Shown here in pieces: positions 10,274 through 18,183 of a stretch of 33,021 nt of DNA; position 1 is the first letter of the stretch; each line of letters starts with the position of its first letter. The translations under genes were made by a program, and so were the position numbers. Source of the stretch: an uncultured Prevotella sp. Lineage in GTDB: Bacteria; Bacteroidota; Bacteroidia; Bacteroidales; Bacteroidaceae. The stretch is from positions 1 to 33,021 of the forward strand of contig URDV01000001.1 in assembly GCA_900546605.1 (NCBI GenBank), written 5' to 3'. Under the pieces are notes generated by a model. It saw only the letters and a program-made list of their open reading frames with translations, ran no database searches and was not told where the DNA came from.

Positions 10274-10360
10274 CTCTTTTGCTACGCCGGCATTGCCCGG
10301 TTCAGCTTATGAGGGTATAATCTCAGCATCCGCAACTGCGGTAGCACCCCTGCAAAAGCA
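10274..10360 (-). ncRNA. TPP riboswitch aptamer
   Basis: Minus strand GGGGUGC...GCUGAGAUUAUACCC..AAGCUGAACCGGGCAAUGCCGGCGUAGCAAAAG matches the THI-box; thiamine transport genes downstream. Confidence 0.93.
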
Positions 10361-10378
10361 TTTTTTACTTTTGCACTG

Positions 10379-10410
10379 CAAAGTTGCTAACTTTTATGCA
10401 ACAACCCAAA
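10379..10410 (-). promoter_or_regulatory. Candidate promoter of the riboswitch leader
   Basis: Minus strand TTTG (10407-10410), 20-nt spacer, CAACTTTG (10379-10386; one mismatch to TAnnTTTG). Confidence 0.5.
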
Positions 10411-10561
10411 ATTGTGTTCAACTTTTCATACTTATTCAGCCGTAAACATACATATTGCTAACACCAGCCTACAAATAAAACGATAACAAAGACCGCTTAT
10501 CATGTTACAACTATTGCTCAACTATGGCTGCATAGGAGTTTTTTTACGCCACCTTGATTAG

Positions 10562-11224
10562 TTATGCTCCTTTGCCCTTGACTCCAAAGGTGCGATACAC
10601 GATATACACTCCGTCAGCATCAAGTTCAACTTCATCAGCTACCGCCTCGTTCAAGGTGCCCTGCCATAAAGCAGCATAAGCATAGGGTGCCCATTTCAGT
10701 CCTTTGCCTAAAAAACGCGTACAACCACCTATATTAAAAATACTCATTTGTTGCCCCGCAAATGTTTGAAAACGTTGTTTACCGCTTGCCGCCACAAAAT
10801 AGCCATAATCGGTAATCATGGTCACCTGTAACCCAAAGTCAGCATAATAATGAGCCAATAGTACAACATTGCCTATAGTGTGATCCTCACGTTTGCCCGT
10901 GCTGCCTATGTAGGCTATTTGCTTAAACCCTTGCTTTTGACAATAGAGCGTTGACTTAGTTTGATCATTGTTTTCCTGTTCGTTTACGATATGTATGATA
11001 TCTGCATATTTTTCTTTATAGATGGCAGGCAAAGAGTCGCCATCGCCCACAACAGCTTGTGGGGTTAATCCGCTCGCTATACTATGGGTCAAAGCTCCAT
11101 CGCAGCAGCACAAATATGAGGCATGCTGCAATATTGACAAAGGAACTTCATGAACAGGATAATCGCCATCACAAAGTATAATTGCGTCAAACGTTGATGT
11201 CTTTGTTATCAGAGGGTACTTCAT
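10562..11224 (-). CDS. thiN: Thiamine diphosphokinase
   Basis: 220 aa; CCDGA, VGDGDS, QENNDQTK, GKREDHTIGN motifs. Confidence 0.92.
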   Translation of the reverse strand: MKYPLITKTSTFDAIILCDGDYPVHEVPLSILQHASYLCCCDGALTHSIASGLTPQAVVGDGDSLPAIYKEKYADIIHIVNEQENNDQTKSTLYCQKQGFKQIAYIGSTGKREDHTIGNVVLLAHYYADFGLQVTMITDYGYFVAASGKQRFQTFAGQQMSIFNIGGCTRFLGKGLKWAPYAYAALWQGTLNEAVADEVELDADGVYIVYRTFGVKGKGA

Positions 11225-11252
11225 TGTGCTCTTTCTTTAATGTATCATTAGG

Positions 11253-11316
11253 TTCGAAATGCATTCGAAAAGTGTTCGAGATGCATTCGGGATGCATTCG
11301 GGATGCGTTCGGGATA
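11253..11316. repeat. 11-bp tandem repeat (TTCGRRATGCA), about 6 units, in the thiN 5' UTR
   Basis: ttcgaaatgca ttcgaaaagtg ttcgagatgca ttcgggatgca ttcgggatgcg ttcgggata. Confidence 0.85.
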
Positions 11317-11352
11317 TTAAACCTTACCCAATCGTAGGTCACCTTCACGAAG

Positions 11353-11360
11353 CAAAGGTA
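11353..11360 (-). promoter_or_regulatory. -7 promoter box for thiN
   Basis: TACCTTTG on the minus strand. Confidence 0.6.
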
Positions 11361-11543
11361 ATACTTTTATACGTTATGCATGCTAAAGAGGAAGCCTACA
11401 TTGCCTGTGCGAGCATTTAATAGATACGATTTAAAGGATAAGATGTGCTTAAAATCTAATCAAATAGCATTTAACCATCACTTTACGTGTATTTTTAGTC
11501 ACTTTTGAAGCATCAAACGCTTTATTAAATACCATTTTATTAC

Positions 11544-11551
11544 TACCTTTG
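11544..11551 (+). promoter_or_regulatory. -7 promoter box for the GT2 gene
   Basis: TACCTTTG, 5 nt before the ATG at 11557. Confidence 0.65.
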
Positions 11552-11556
11552 CCTAC

Positions 11557-12570
11557 ATGAAGTACACTTTTGTCATACCCGTATTCAATCGTCCCAATGA
11601 AGTTGAAGAGCTTTTACAAAGCCTTACAACACAAACGTTACACAACTTTGACGTGGTGGTAGTTGAAGATGGGTCTACCCTACCTTGCAAAGACGTGGTA
11701 AGCCATTACGCTGACCGTCTACCTATACATTATTATAATAAGCCTAACTCTGGGCCTGGACAAACACGCAACTATGGTGTAGAACGGGCACAGGGCGAAT
11801 ATGTGCTGATTCTTGACTCCGATGTGGTGCTGCCTGAAGGTTACTTAGCTGCCGTTGATGCCGAATTATCCGCGCAACCATGTGATGCCTTTGGTGGCCC
11901 TGACCGCGCACATAAGGACTTTACACCTATGCAAAAGGCCATTAACTATGCCATGACCTCTTTTTTCACCACAGGTGGCATTAGAGGAGGCAAAAAGAAG
12001 ATGGACAAGTTTTACCCACGTTCGTTTAACATGGGGGTGCACCGTGAGGTATATAATGCGCTCAATGGATTCAGCGAAATGCGCTTTGGCGAAGACATTG
12101 ACTTTTCGACACGCATATTTAAAGCTGGCTACAAGTGCCGTCTATTCCCCGAAGCTTGGGTGTGGCACAAACGCCGCACCGACTTGAAAAAGTTTTTTAA
12201 GCAAGTACACAACTCTGGCATTGCACGCATCAACTTGTCAAAGCGCCATCCAGGTACGCTTAAGTTGGTGCACACCTTGCCAGCTATTTTTACTTTAGGC
12301 TGCGCATTGCTCATAGTGCTCAGCATAGTAGCAGGCTTATTGGGTTGCCCTCACTGGTGGGTTATGCTGTTGCCTTTTCTACTCTTTGCACTCATCATCA
12401 TGACCGATGCCACACGACAAGAACATAGTTTGCACGTAGGACTATTAGCTGTGGCCGCGGCCTACATTCAACTATGGGGCTATGGTTCAGGCTTTTGGCG
12501 TGCTTGGTGGCGACGTTGCGTATTAGGCAAAGGTGAGTTCGATGCCTTTCGCAAGAACTTTTACAAATAG
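11557..12570 (+). CDS. Glycosyltransferase family 2 with C-terminal TM helices
   Basis: 337 aa; VIPVFNR, VEDGS, LDSD, GEDIDF; hydrophobic C-terminus. Confidence 0.9.
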   Translation: MKYTFVIPVFNRPNEVEELLQSLTTQTLHNFDVVVVEDGSTLPCKDVVSHYADRLPIHYYNKPNSGPGQTRNYGVERAQGEYVLILDSDVVLPEGYLAAVDAELSAQPCDAFGGPDRAHKDFTPMQKAINYAMTSFFTTGGIRGGKKKMDKFYPRSFNMGVHREVYNALNGFSEMRFGEDIDFSTRIFKAGYKCRLFPEAWVWHKRRTDLKKFFKQVHNSGIARINLSKRHPGTLKLVHTLPAIFTLGCALLIVLSIVAGLLGCPHWWVMLLPFLLFALIIMTDATRQEHSLHVGLLAVAAAYIQLWGYGSGFWRAWWRRCVLGKGEFDAFRKNFYK

Positions 12571-12606
12571 AACTTTTACCGCAATCTTCTCTGCAGTTGT
12601 GGCTTT

Positions 12607-12668
12607 TAAGTTGGTGTTCAAAAAACATCTTATCAATAGATAGTATTTTCACATTGAACACCTACTTA
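12607..12668. repeat. Short palindromic element, internally deleted relative of the 17876-18097 element
   Basis: taagttggtgttcaa ... ttgaacacctactta; shares the left ~50 bp and the right end with the 17.9-kb element. Confidence 0.65.
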
Positions 12669-12693
12669 TACCCCCAAGGAATCATTAAGGTGT

Positions 12694-13374
12694 ATGAAAT
12701 TGAACATTACCGACTTAGCTCTTGACGACCGTCCTCGCGAAAAGTTTATTGCACATGGTGCAACGGCTCTTACCACCTCTGAATTATTAGCCATTCTCAT
12801 AGGTTCGGGCAATACGGACGAAAATGCAGTGGGCCTCATGCAACGCATTATAGGCGATTGCGAAGGAAGCCTCACACAGTTAGGTCGCAAAACGATTGAA
12901 GAACTTTGTCAATACAAAGGTGTGGGGCCAGCTAAAGCTATCACCATATTAGCAGCTTGCGAAATAGGTGTGCGCCGCGGTAGTGAAAATGAGCAGCGCC
13001 GAAAGGTGAAATGTTCTAAAGACATTTATGCCTATTACAAGCCCAAGATGCAGGACTTGCCTCATGAAGAGAGCCACGTGCTGCTGCTCAACCAAAGTCT
13101 GAATATTATTGCATCAAAATTGCTGAGTCGCGGAGGCATAACAGGCACGGTAGTAGATATACGCACGCTATTGAAAGAGGCTTTGCTATCAAATGCCACT
13201 CACATTGCCTTGGTGCACAACCACCCATCGGGCAACACACAGCCAAGCAGAGAGGATGACCGATTGACCGAGAAAGTAAAAACAGCAGCAAAGATGATGG
13301 ACATTACGCTAATTGACCACGTGATTGTTACCGATAATGGTTTTTATAGTTACCAAGACGAAGGACGTATTTAA
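12694..13374 (+). CDS. radC: RadC family JAB-domain protein
   Basis: 226 aa; DDRPREK, ELLAILIGSG, HhH GVGPAKA, HNHPSG..PSRED, LIDHVIV. Confidence 0.95.
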   Translation: MKLNITDLALDDRPREKFIAHGATALTTSELLAILIGSGNTDENAVGLMQRIIGDCEGSLTQLGRKTIEELCQYKGVGPAKAITILAACEIGVRRGSENEQRRKVKCSKDIYAYYKPKMQDLPHEESHVLLLNQSLNIIASKLLSRGGITGTVVDIRTLLKEALLSNATHIALVHNHPSGNTQPSREDDRLTEKVKTAAKMMDITLIDHVIVTDNGFYSYQDEGRI

Positions 13375-13401
13375 CACAACACATATATCAACTTTACTAA
13401 A

Positions 13402-13722
13402 ATGACTACTGAAGAAAAACTGAAGATAGAAGAACGCATTGTTGACGTGCTAAAAACGGTTTATGACCCCGAAATACCTGTTGACATTTACAACTTGGGA
13501 CTGATTTACCGCATTGACTTGCACGATGATGGTGTGCTTGAAGTAGACATGACGCTTACAGCTCCTAACTGCCCTGCTGCTGACTTTATAATGGAGGACG
13601 TTCGCACAAAGCTTGAAGGCATTGAAGGCATTAAGGATGCTAAAGTGACGCTTGTGTTTGAACCTGAATGGGACAAAGACATGATGACAGAAGAGGCCAA
13701 ACTTGAATTGGGCTTTATGTAA
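13402..13722 (+). CDS. DUF59 / SufT-like Fe-S cluster assembly protein
   Basis: 106 aa; VYDPEIPV.IY.LGLIY, MTLTAPNCP, FEPEW. Confidence 0.9.
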   Translation: MTTEEKLKIEERIVDVLKTVYDPEIPVDIYNLGLIYRIDLHDDGVLEVDMTLTAPNCPAADFIMEDVRTKLEGIEGIKDAKVTLVFEPEWDKDMMTEEAKLELGFM

Positions 13723-13749
13723 CTTTTACAACCGCCTTACCTTTTATAT

Positions 13750-14550
13750 ATGATGAATCAAAACAACATGAATGACGACATCAAGCGCCGTAACATTTAT
13801 TTTCTGTCGGACGCACACTTAGGCAGTTTGGCTATTGCACACCCACGCATGCAAGAACGACGCTTGGTCAACTTTCTTGACGGCATTAAGCACAAGGCTG
13901 AAGCCGTTTACTTGATGGGCGATATTTTTGACTTTTGGTATGAGTATAAAAACGTGGTGCCTAAAGGCTACACACGTTTGCTCGGCAAAATAAGCGAACT
14001 TACCGACCTGGGTGTTGAAGTACACTACTTTATTGGAAACCACGACATTTGGCAGCACGATTACTTTGAAAAGGAATGCGGCATGGTGCTACACCGACAA
14101 AATGAAGTGATAGAGTTGCACGGACAAACGTTTTTCTTAGCTCATGGCGATGGATTAGGCTCACACGACAATAAGTTTAAATTGATTCGTTCTGTGTTTC
14201 ATAACAAAACGTGTCAACGTTTGTTTTCAATGCTCCACCCCCGATGGGGAGTTGCCTTTGGATTGACTTGGGCTCGCCACTCACGCATGAAACGCAAAGA
14301 TGGGCAAGAACCACCTTATCAGGGTGAACAAAATGAAGCACTTATTATTTTTGCTAAAGAATATCTTAAAACACATCCTGAAATTAACTATTTCATCTTC
14401 GGGCATCGCCACATTGAGCTTGACTTGATGCTCACACGTAGCACACGCTTACTCATATTGGGCGATTGGATTTCACAATTCACCTATGCTGTGTTCGATG
14501 GTGAACACATGTTTATGGAGAACTTTATTGAAGGCGAAACCGAAGTTTAA
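13750..14550 (+). CDS. lpxH: UDP-2,3-diacylglucosamine diphosphatase
   Basis: 266 aa; SDAHLG, GDIFDFW, GNHD, HGD, FGHRH, LGDW. Confidence 0.85.
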   Translation: MMNQNNMNDDIKRRNIYFLSDAHLGSLAIAHPRMQERRLVNFLDGIKHKAEAVYLMGDIFDFWYEYKNVVPKGYTRLLGKISELTDLGVEVHYFIGNHDIWQHDYFEKECGMVLHRQNEVIELHGQTFFLAHGDGLGSHDNKFKLIRSVFHNKTCQRLFSMLHPRWGVAFGLTWARHSRMKRKDGQEPPYQGEQNEALIIFAKEYLKTHPEINYFIFGHRHIELDLMLTRSTRLLILGDWISQFTYAVFDGEHMFMENFIEGETEV

Positions 14551-14615
14551 CGCTCTTGCACTCAAGAAAGGTTCTTAGAATAATCAGATTGAATAAAACG
14601 CCACTCAAGCCATCA

Positions 14616-14705
14616 ACTCATCAGACGCTTACTCACAACATTACTTTTATAGCTTTTGCTTGTAGCAAAAACAACCTTGTAAGCGTCTGATGAGTATATT
14701 TTTTT
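14616..14705 (+). terminator. Long-loop hairpin followed by a U-tract
   Basis: Perfect 17-bp inverted repeat 14616-14632 / 14679-14695, 46-nt spacer with an inner hairpin, T-run at 14699-14705. Confidence 0.55.
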
Positions 14706-14715
14706 AAAAAAAGCT

Positions 14716-15618
14716 ATGAAAAGATTTATTTGCTCACTATTATCGCTTTTGTTCATTACCATTAGCGCTCAAGCCCAACTATTATACAAAATTACGGGCA
14801 ATGGCCTCAGCAAGCCGTCGTACATTATAGGTACCTATCACTTAGCCAATGTTCAATTTGTTGACTCAATAAAAGGGTTAAAAGATGCACTCAACCAATG
14901 CGAACAAGTGTATGGCGAACTTGACATGATGCAATTAAGCAAAGACATGTCTGCAGCCTTAAAAATGCAGCAATACATGACGATGCCTACTGGTGAAACA
15001 CTTGACAAATACTTAACGTCTGAACAATTAACACGTTTAAATGCCTTTTTAAAACAGTACATGGGTGCTGACCTAAACGAACCTTTAATGGCATCGGTTA
15101 AACAATTGAAACCCGCAGCGCTGAACACAACCTTGCAAGTACTACTATTTGCTAAAGAAGAAAAAGCCTACAACCCCCAAGAGCAATTTGACACTTATTT
15201 TCAAAAGGTCGCAGCTTCACAACAAAAGCATGTGGGCGGATTAGAAACCATTGACTATCAAATGAATGTACTCTTTGGTGCACCACTACCCCGACAAGCT
15301 GAGCAACTCATGTGCACCATTGACAACATTGATTATAACTTGAACATTGTTAAACGTACTATTAAGGCTTACTACGCGCAAGACATGGCAGCTATTGAGA
15401 AAATAAGCGAAGAAAAAATGCACAATAGTTGTGATGCCACACCTGCCGAAGAGGATGCACTCATTTACACACGTAACAAAAATTGGGCCGAGGCATTGCC
15501 AGCTATTATGAAAGACAAGAGCACATTTGTGGCTGTGGGCTGCCTGCACCTACCCGGCAAACGTGGTTTGCTCAATTTGCTTAAACAAGCTCATTACAGC
15601 GTTGAAGCTGTAAAATAA
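14716..15618 (+). CDS. TraB/GumN family exported protein
   Basis: 300 aa; signal peptide, LLYKITG..PSYIIGTYH, GLET..YQ, RN.NW, FVAVG..HL.G..GLL. Confidence 0.88.
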   Translation: MKRFICSLLSLLFITISAQAQLLYKITGNGLSKPSYIIGTYHLANVQFVDSIKGLKDALNQCEQVYGELDMMQLSKDMSAALKMQQYMTMPTGETLDKYLTSEQLTRLNAFLKQYMGADLNEPLMASVKQLKPAALNTTLQVLLFAKEEKAYNPQEQFDTYFQKVAASQQKHVGGLETIDYQMNVLFGAPLPRQAEQLMCTIDNIDYNLNIVKRTIKAYYAQDMAAIEKISEEKMHNSCDATPAEEDALIYTRNKNWAEALPAIMKDKSTFVAVGCLHLPGKRGLLNLLKQAHYSVEAVK

Positions 15619-15642
15619 CACACTATGTAAAACACCATCAAT

Positions 15643-16557
15643 ATGCAAAATTCATTTTTACAAGCACAACATATCATTAAAAGATATGCCGAACACACCG
15701 CACTTAACGATGTGAGCATTGATGTGCCACGCGGCAAAGTGTTTGGACTACTTGGCCCTAATGGAGCAGGTAAAACGACACTCATACGCATTATTAACCG
15801 CATTACTGCTCCTGATAGCGGAGAGGTTATATTTGACGGACATGCTTTCGGCCCCGACGATGTAATGCGCATTGGCTATTTGCCAGAGGAACGCGGCCTT
15901 TACAGAAAGATGAAAGTAGGCGAACAAGCTATTTATTTGGCTCGACTTAAAGGACTTTCAAGAGGAGAAGCTATAAAACGACTCAAAATGTGGTTTGAAA
16001 AGTTTGGCATCATGCCTTGGTGGAACAAAAAACTTGAAGAGCTATCAAAAGGTATGCAACAAAAGGTGCAATTTATCATTACCGTGTTGCACGAACCTCC
16101 TTTGCTTATTTTTGACGAACCTTTCTCGGGCTTTGACCCCGTGAATGCTGAACTTTTAAAACGTGAAATACTTGAATTGCGCGATAAGGGTCACACCATT
16201 ATTTTTTCAACACACAACATGTCATCGGTTGAAGAGGTGTGTGACGAAATAGCACTTATCAACCATTCACAGGTGGTTCTTTCGGGTAATGTACATGATA
16301 TCAAGGAACGTTTCCGCTCAGGTGTGTATGAAGTGGTGTCGAATGACTCGCATTTGCAAAGCGTTGAAGGAGCATTCACGCTGCTATCAAGCCGAGCTCA
16401 AGGTAATAACCACATTTACACTTTACAAAAGAGTGAACAGCTCAGCAATGCAGAACTCTTTGCTGCCATATCAGCCCACATTGAGCCACGTTCCATCAGC
16501 GAACAATTACCATCGATGCAAGAAATCTTTTTGAAAACCGTAGCCAGCCATGAATAA
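15643..16557 (+). CDS. ABC transporter ATP-binding protein (NatA-like)
   Basis: 304 aa; Walker A GPNGAGKT, signature LSKGMQQ, Walker B LLIFDEP. Confidence 0.95.
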   Translation: MQNSFLQAQHIIKRYAEHTALNDVSIDVPRGKVFGLLGPNGAGKTTLIRIINRITAPDSGEVIFDGHAFGPDDVMRIGYLPEERGLYRKMKVGEQAIYLARLKGLSRGEAIKRLKMWFEKFGIMPWWNKKLEELSKGMQQKVQFIITVLHEPPLLIFDEPFSGFDPVNAELLKREILELRDKGHTIIFSTHNMSSVEEVCDEIALINHSQVVLSGNVHDIKERFRSGVYEVVSNDSHLQSVEGAFTLLSSRAQGNNHIYTLQKSEQLSNAELFAAISAHIEPRSISEQLPSMQEIFLKTVASHE

Positions 16558-17881
16558 GTTTTTGTTAGTTGCCTCAAGAGAATTCCTCACAAGGGTTAAA
16601 AAGAAGTCATTCATCATTTTAACAATTCTCATGCCCTTCATATTTGCCGCATTGGTTTTTGTACCTATTTGGCTATCATCTATTAAAGACAATGACCAAA
16701 AGGCAGTAGCTGTGGCCGATAGTACTAATAAGTATGTGGGGCTGTTTAAAGACGATGCTACCTATCGTTTTGTTCCTATTAGCGACCCCGACAATAAAGC
16801 CTACTACACCGATACTACGGAGTATGAGGCCGTGATTGACATACGTGCCGACTTGGTTAAAAATCCTAAGGCGGTAACCATTTACTCACGTAATGAGGTA
16901 GCTGCAGGTCTACTTTCATATGTGAGCAATGTGCTCAACGAGCAAGTACGGCACGACAAACTGGCCGCTACTGGCATTCAAGGACTTGATAAAATCATTG
17001 ACGATGTACAAGCCGAAATCAACATTCCAACAATGAAGCGCAATGCTGATGGCGACACTACATCGTCTGACACCAACATTGCCATTGCTGCAGGCTTTAT
17101 TTTCACCTTCATGATTTACATGTTTGTTATGTCATACGGTGGCATGGTCATGCAGAGTGTGGTAGAGGAAAAATCGAACCGTATTGTTGAACTCATGGTG
17201 TCGAGCGTAAAACCCTTTCAGCTCATGATGGGCAAAATTGTGGGTATAGCTTTTGTGGGATTTGTGCAATTAGCCATATGGGGCATTATGTTGGCCGTTA
17301 TACTTATGGTAGCTGGTACTGCCTTTGGACTATCAGGAGCCGACATGGCACAAAGTCAGCCAATGGGCATGGCTGGCATGCAAGCAGCCACATCACCTGC
17401 AGCCATGCAAGCAATGGCTCCCAGCGAGTCGCAAGAGATTTTCTCAGCATTGGTGAACCTACCCTACATGGAAATAGGCATTTGCTTTGTGCTTTACTTC
17501 ATTGGCGGCTATTTACTTTACGCTTCCTTCTTTGCTGCCATTGGTGCTTCAGTTAATGAGCAAGAGGATTCGTCACAATTTATGATGCCCATTATACTCA
17601 TCATGGTATTTGGGCTATATGCTGCTATGGGCTCTGCTGAAAACACCAATGGCCCATTGGCCTTTTGGGCATCTTTATTCCCGCTCACATCGCCCATCGT
17701 TATGATGGTGCGTATACCCTTTAACGTGCCACTTTGGCAAGAGGCGCTTTCACTCATCATATTATATGCCACCTCATTCTTGTTTGTGTGGTGCAGCGCA
17801 CGCATCTATCGCGTTGGCATATTAATGTATGGTAAAAAGCCCAGTTTGAAAGAGATGATTCGCTGGATGCGTTATAAATAG
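16550..17881 (+). CDS. ABC-2 type permease (NatB-like)
   Basis: 443 aa; 1+5 TM layout, VVEEKSNRIVE and LMMGKI motifs; overlaps the ATPase stop. Confidence 0.9.
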   Translation: MNKFLLVASREFLTRVKKKSFIILTILMPFIFAALVFVPIWLSSIKDNDQKAVAVADSTNKYVGLFKDDATYRFVPISDPDNKAYYTDTTEYEAVIDIRADLVKNPKAVTIYSRNEVAAGLLSYVSNVLNEQVRHDKLAATGIQGLDKIIDDVQAEINIPTMKRNADGDTTSSDTNIAIAAGFIFTFMIYMFVMSYGGMVMQSVVEEKSNRIVELMVSSVKPFQLMMGKIVGIAFVGFVQLAIWGIMLAVILMVAGTAFGLSGADMAQSQPMGMAGMQAATSPAAMQAMAPSESQEIFSALVNLPYMEIGICFVLYFIGGYLLYASFFAAIGASVNEQEDSSQFMMPIILIMVFGLYAAMGSAENTNGPLAFWASLFPLTSPIVMMVRIPFNVPLWQEALSLIILYATSFLFVWCSARIYRVGILMYGKKPSLKEMIRWMRYK

Positions 17882-18097
17882 ATGTTCAAAATAATTTTGT
17901 TTTATCGATAGACATTATTTTCACGTTGAAAGCACATTCTCGGGCGCAGATGTTTCCTGCATGCTCAATCACATAGCCAGAGCTTTCCCCTCTTCGTTTT
18001 CCCCGTTATCGGGAAGGGACAGAAACATTCGAATGAAGAAAACATCCGCATCCCGTTAATGCTCTTTCAACATAAAAATAATTTTGAAACCTACTTA
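17876..18097. mobile_element. MITE-like long palindromic element with a degenerate ERIC-like core
   Basis: Ends taaatagatgttcaaaa / ttttgaaacctactta; ~50-bp imperfect inner inverted repeat (17914-17964 vs 18031-18082); core ctcaatcacatagcc...cttcgtt as in the 30.6/32.8-kb elements. Confidence 0.55.
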
Positions 18098-18123
18098 AGT
18101 AAAATCATCCAACTATTTGAGCT

Positions 18124-18174
18124 AAGAAGGCGAAAGTCAAGAACAAGCAACTTGTTCTTGACTTTCGCCTTCTT
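18124..18174. terminator. Bidirectional terminator, perfect 24-bp stem
   Basis: aagaaggcgaaagtcaagaacaag-caa-cttgttcttgactttcgccttctt between convergent operons. Confidence 0.8.
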
Positions 18175-18183
18175 TTATGACCA

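Noticed and set aside
12694..13374. RadC as a mobile-element or defence marker
   Set aside because: Full-length chromosomal type with the N-terminal HhH region, in a housekeeping context.
14616..14695. Invertible promoter
   Set aside because: The spacer is only 46 nt, has no exact TAnnTTTG in either orientation, and no recombinase is nearby.
14687..14722. Hammerhead ribozyme (CTGATGA ... GAAA)
   Set aside because: CTGATGA is buried in a perfect 17-bp stem, and no convincing stems I/III or cleavage triplet can be built.
14716..15618. TraB as conjugation machinery
   Set aside because: TraB/GumN family exported protein; no tra, T4SS or relaxase genes are present.
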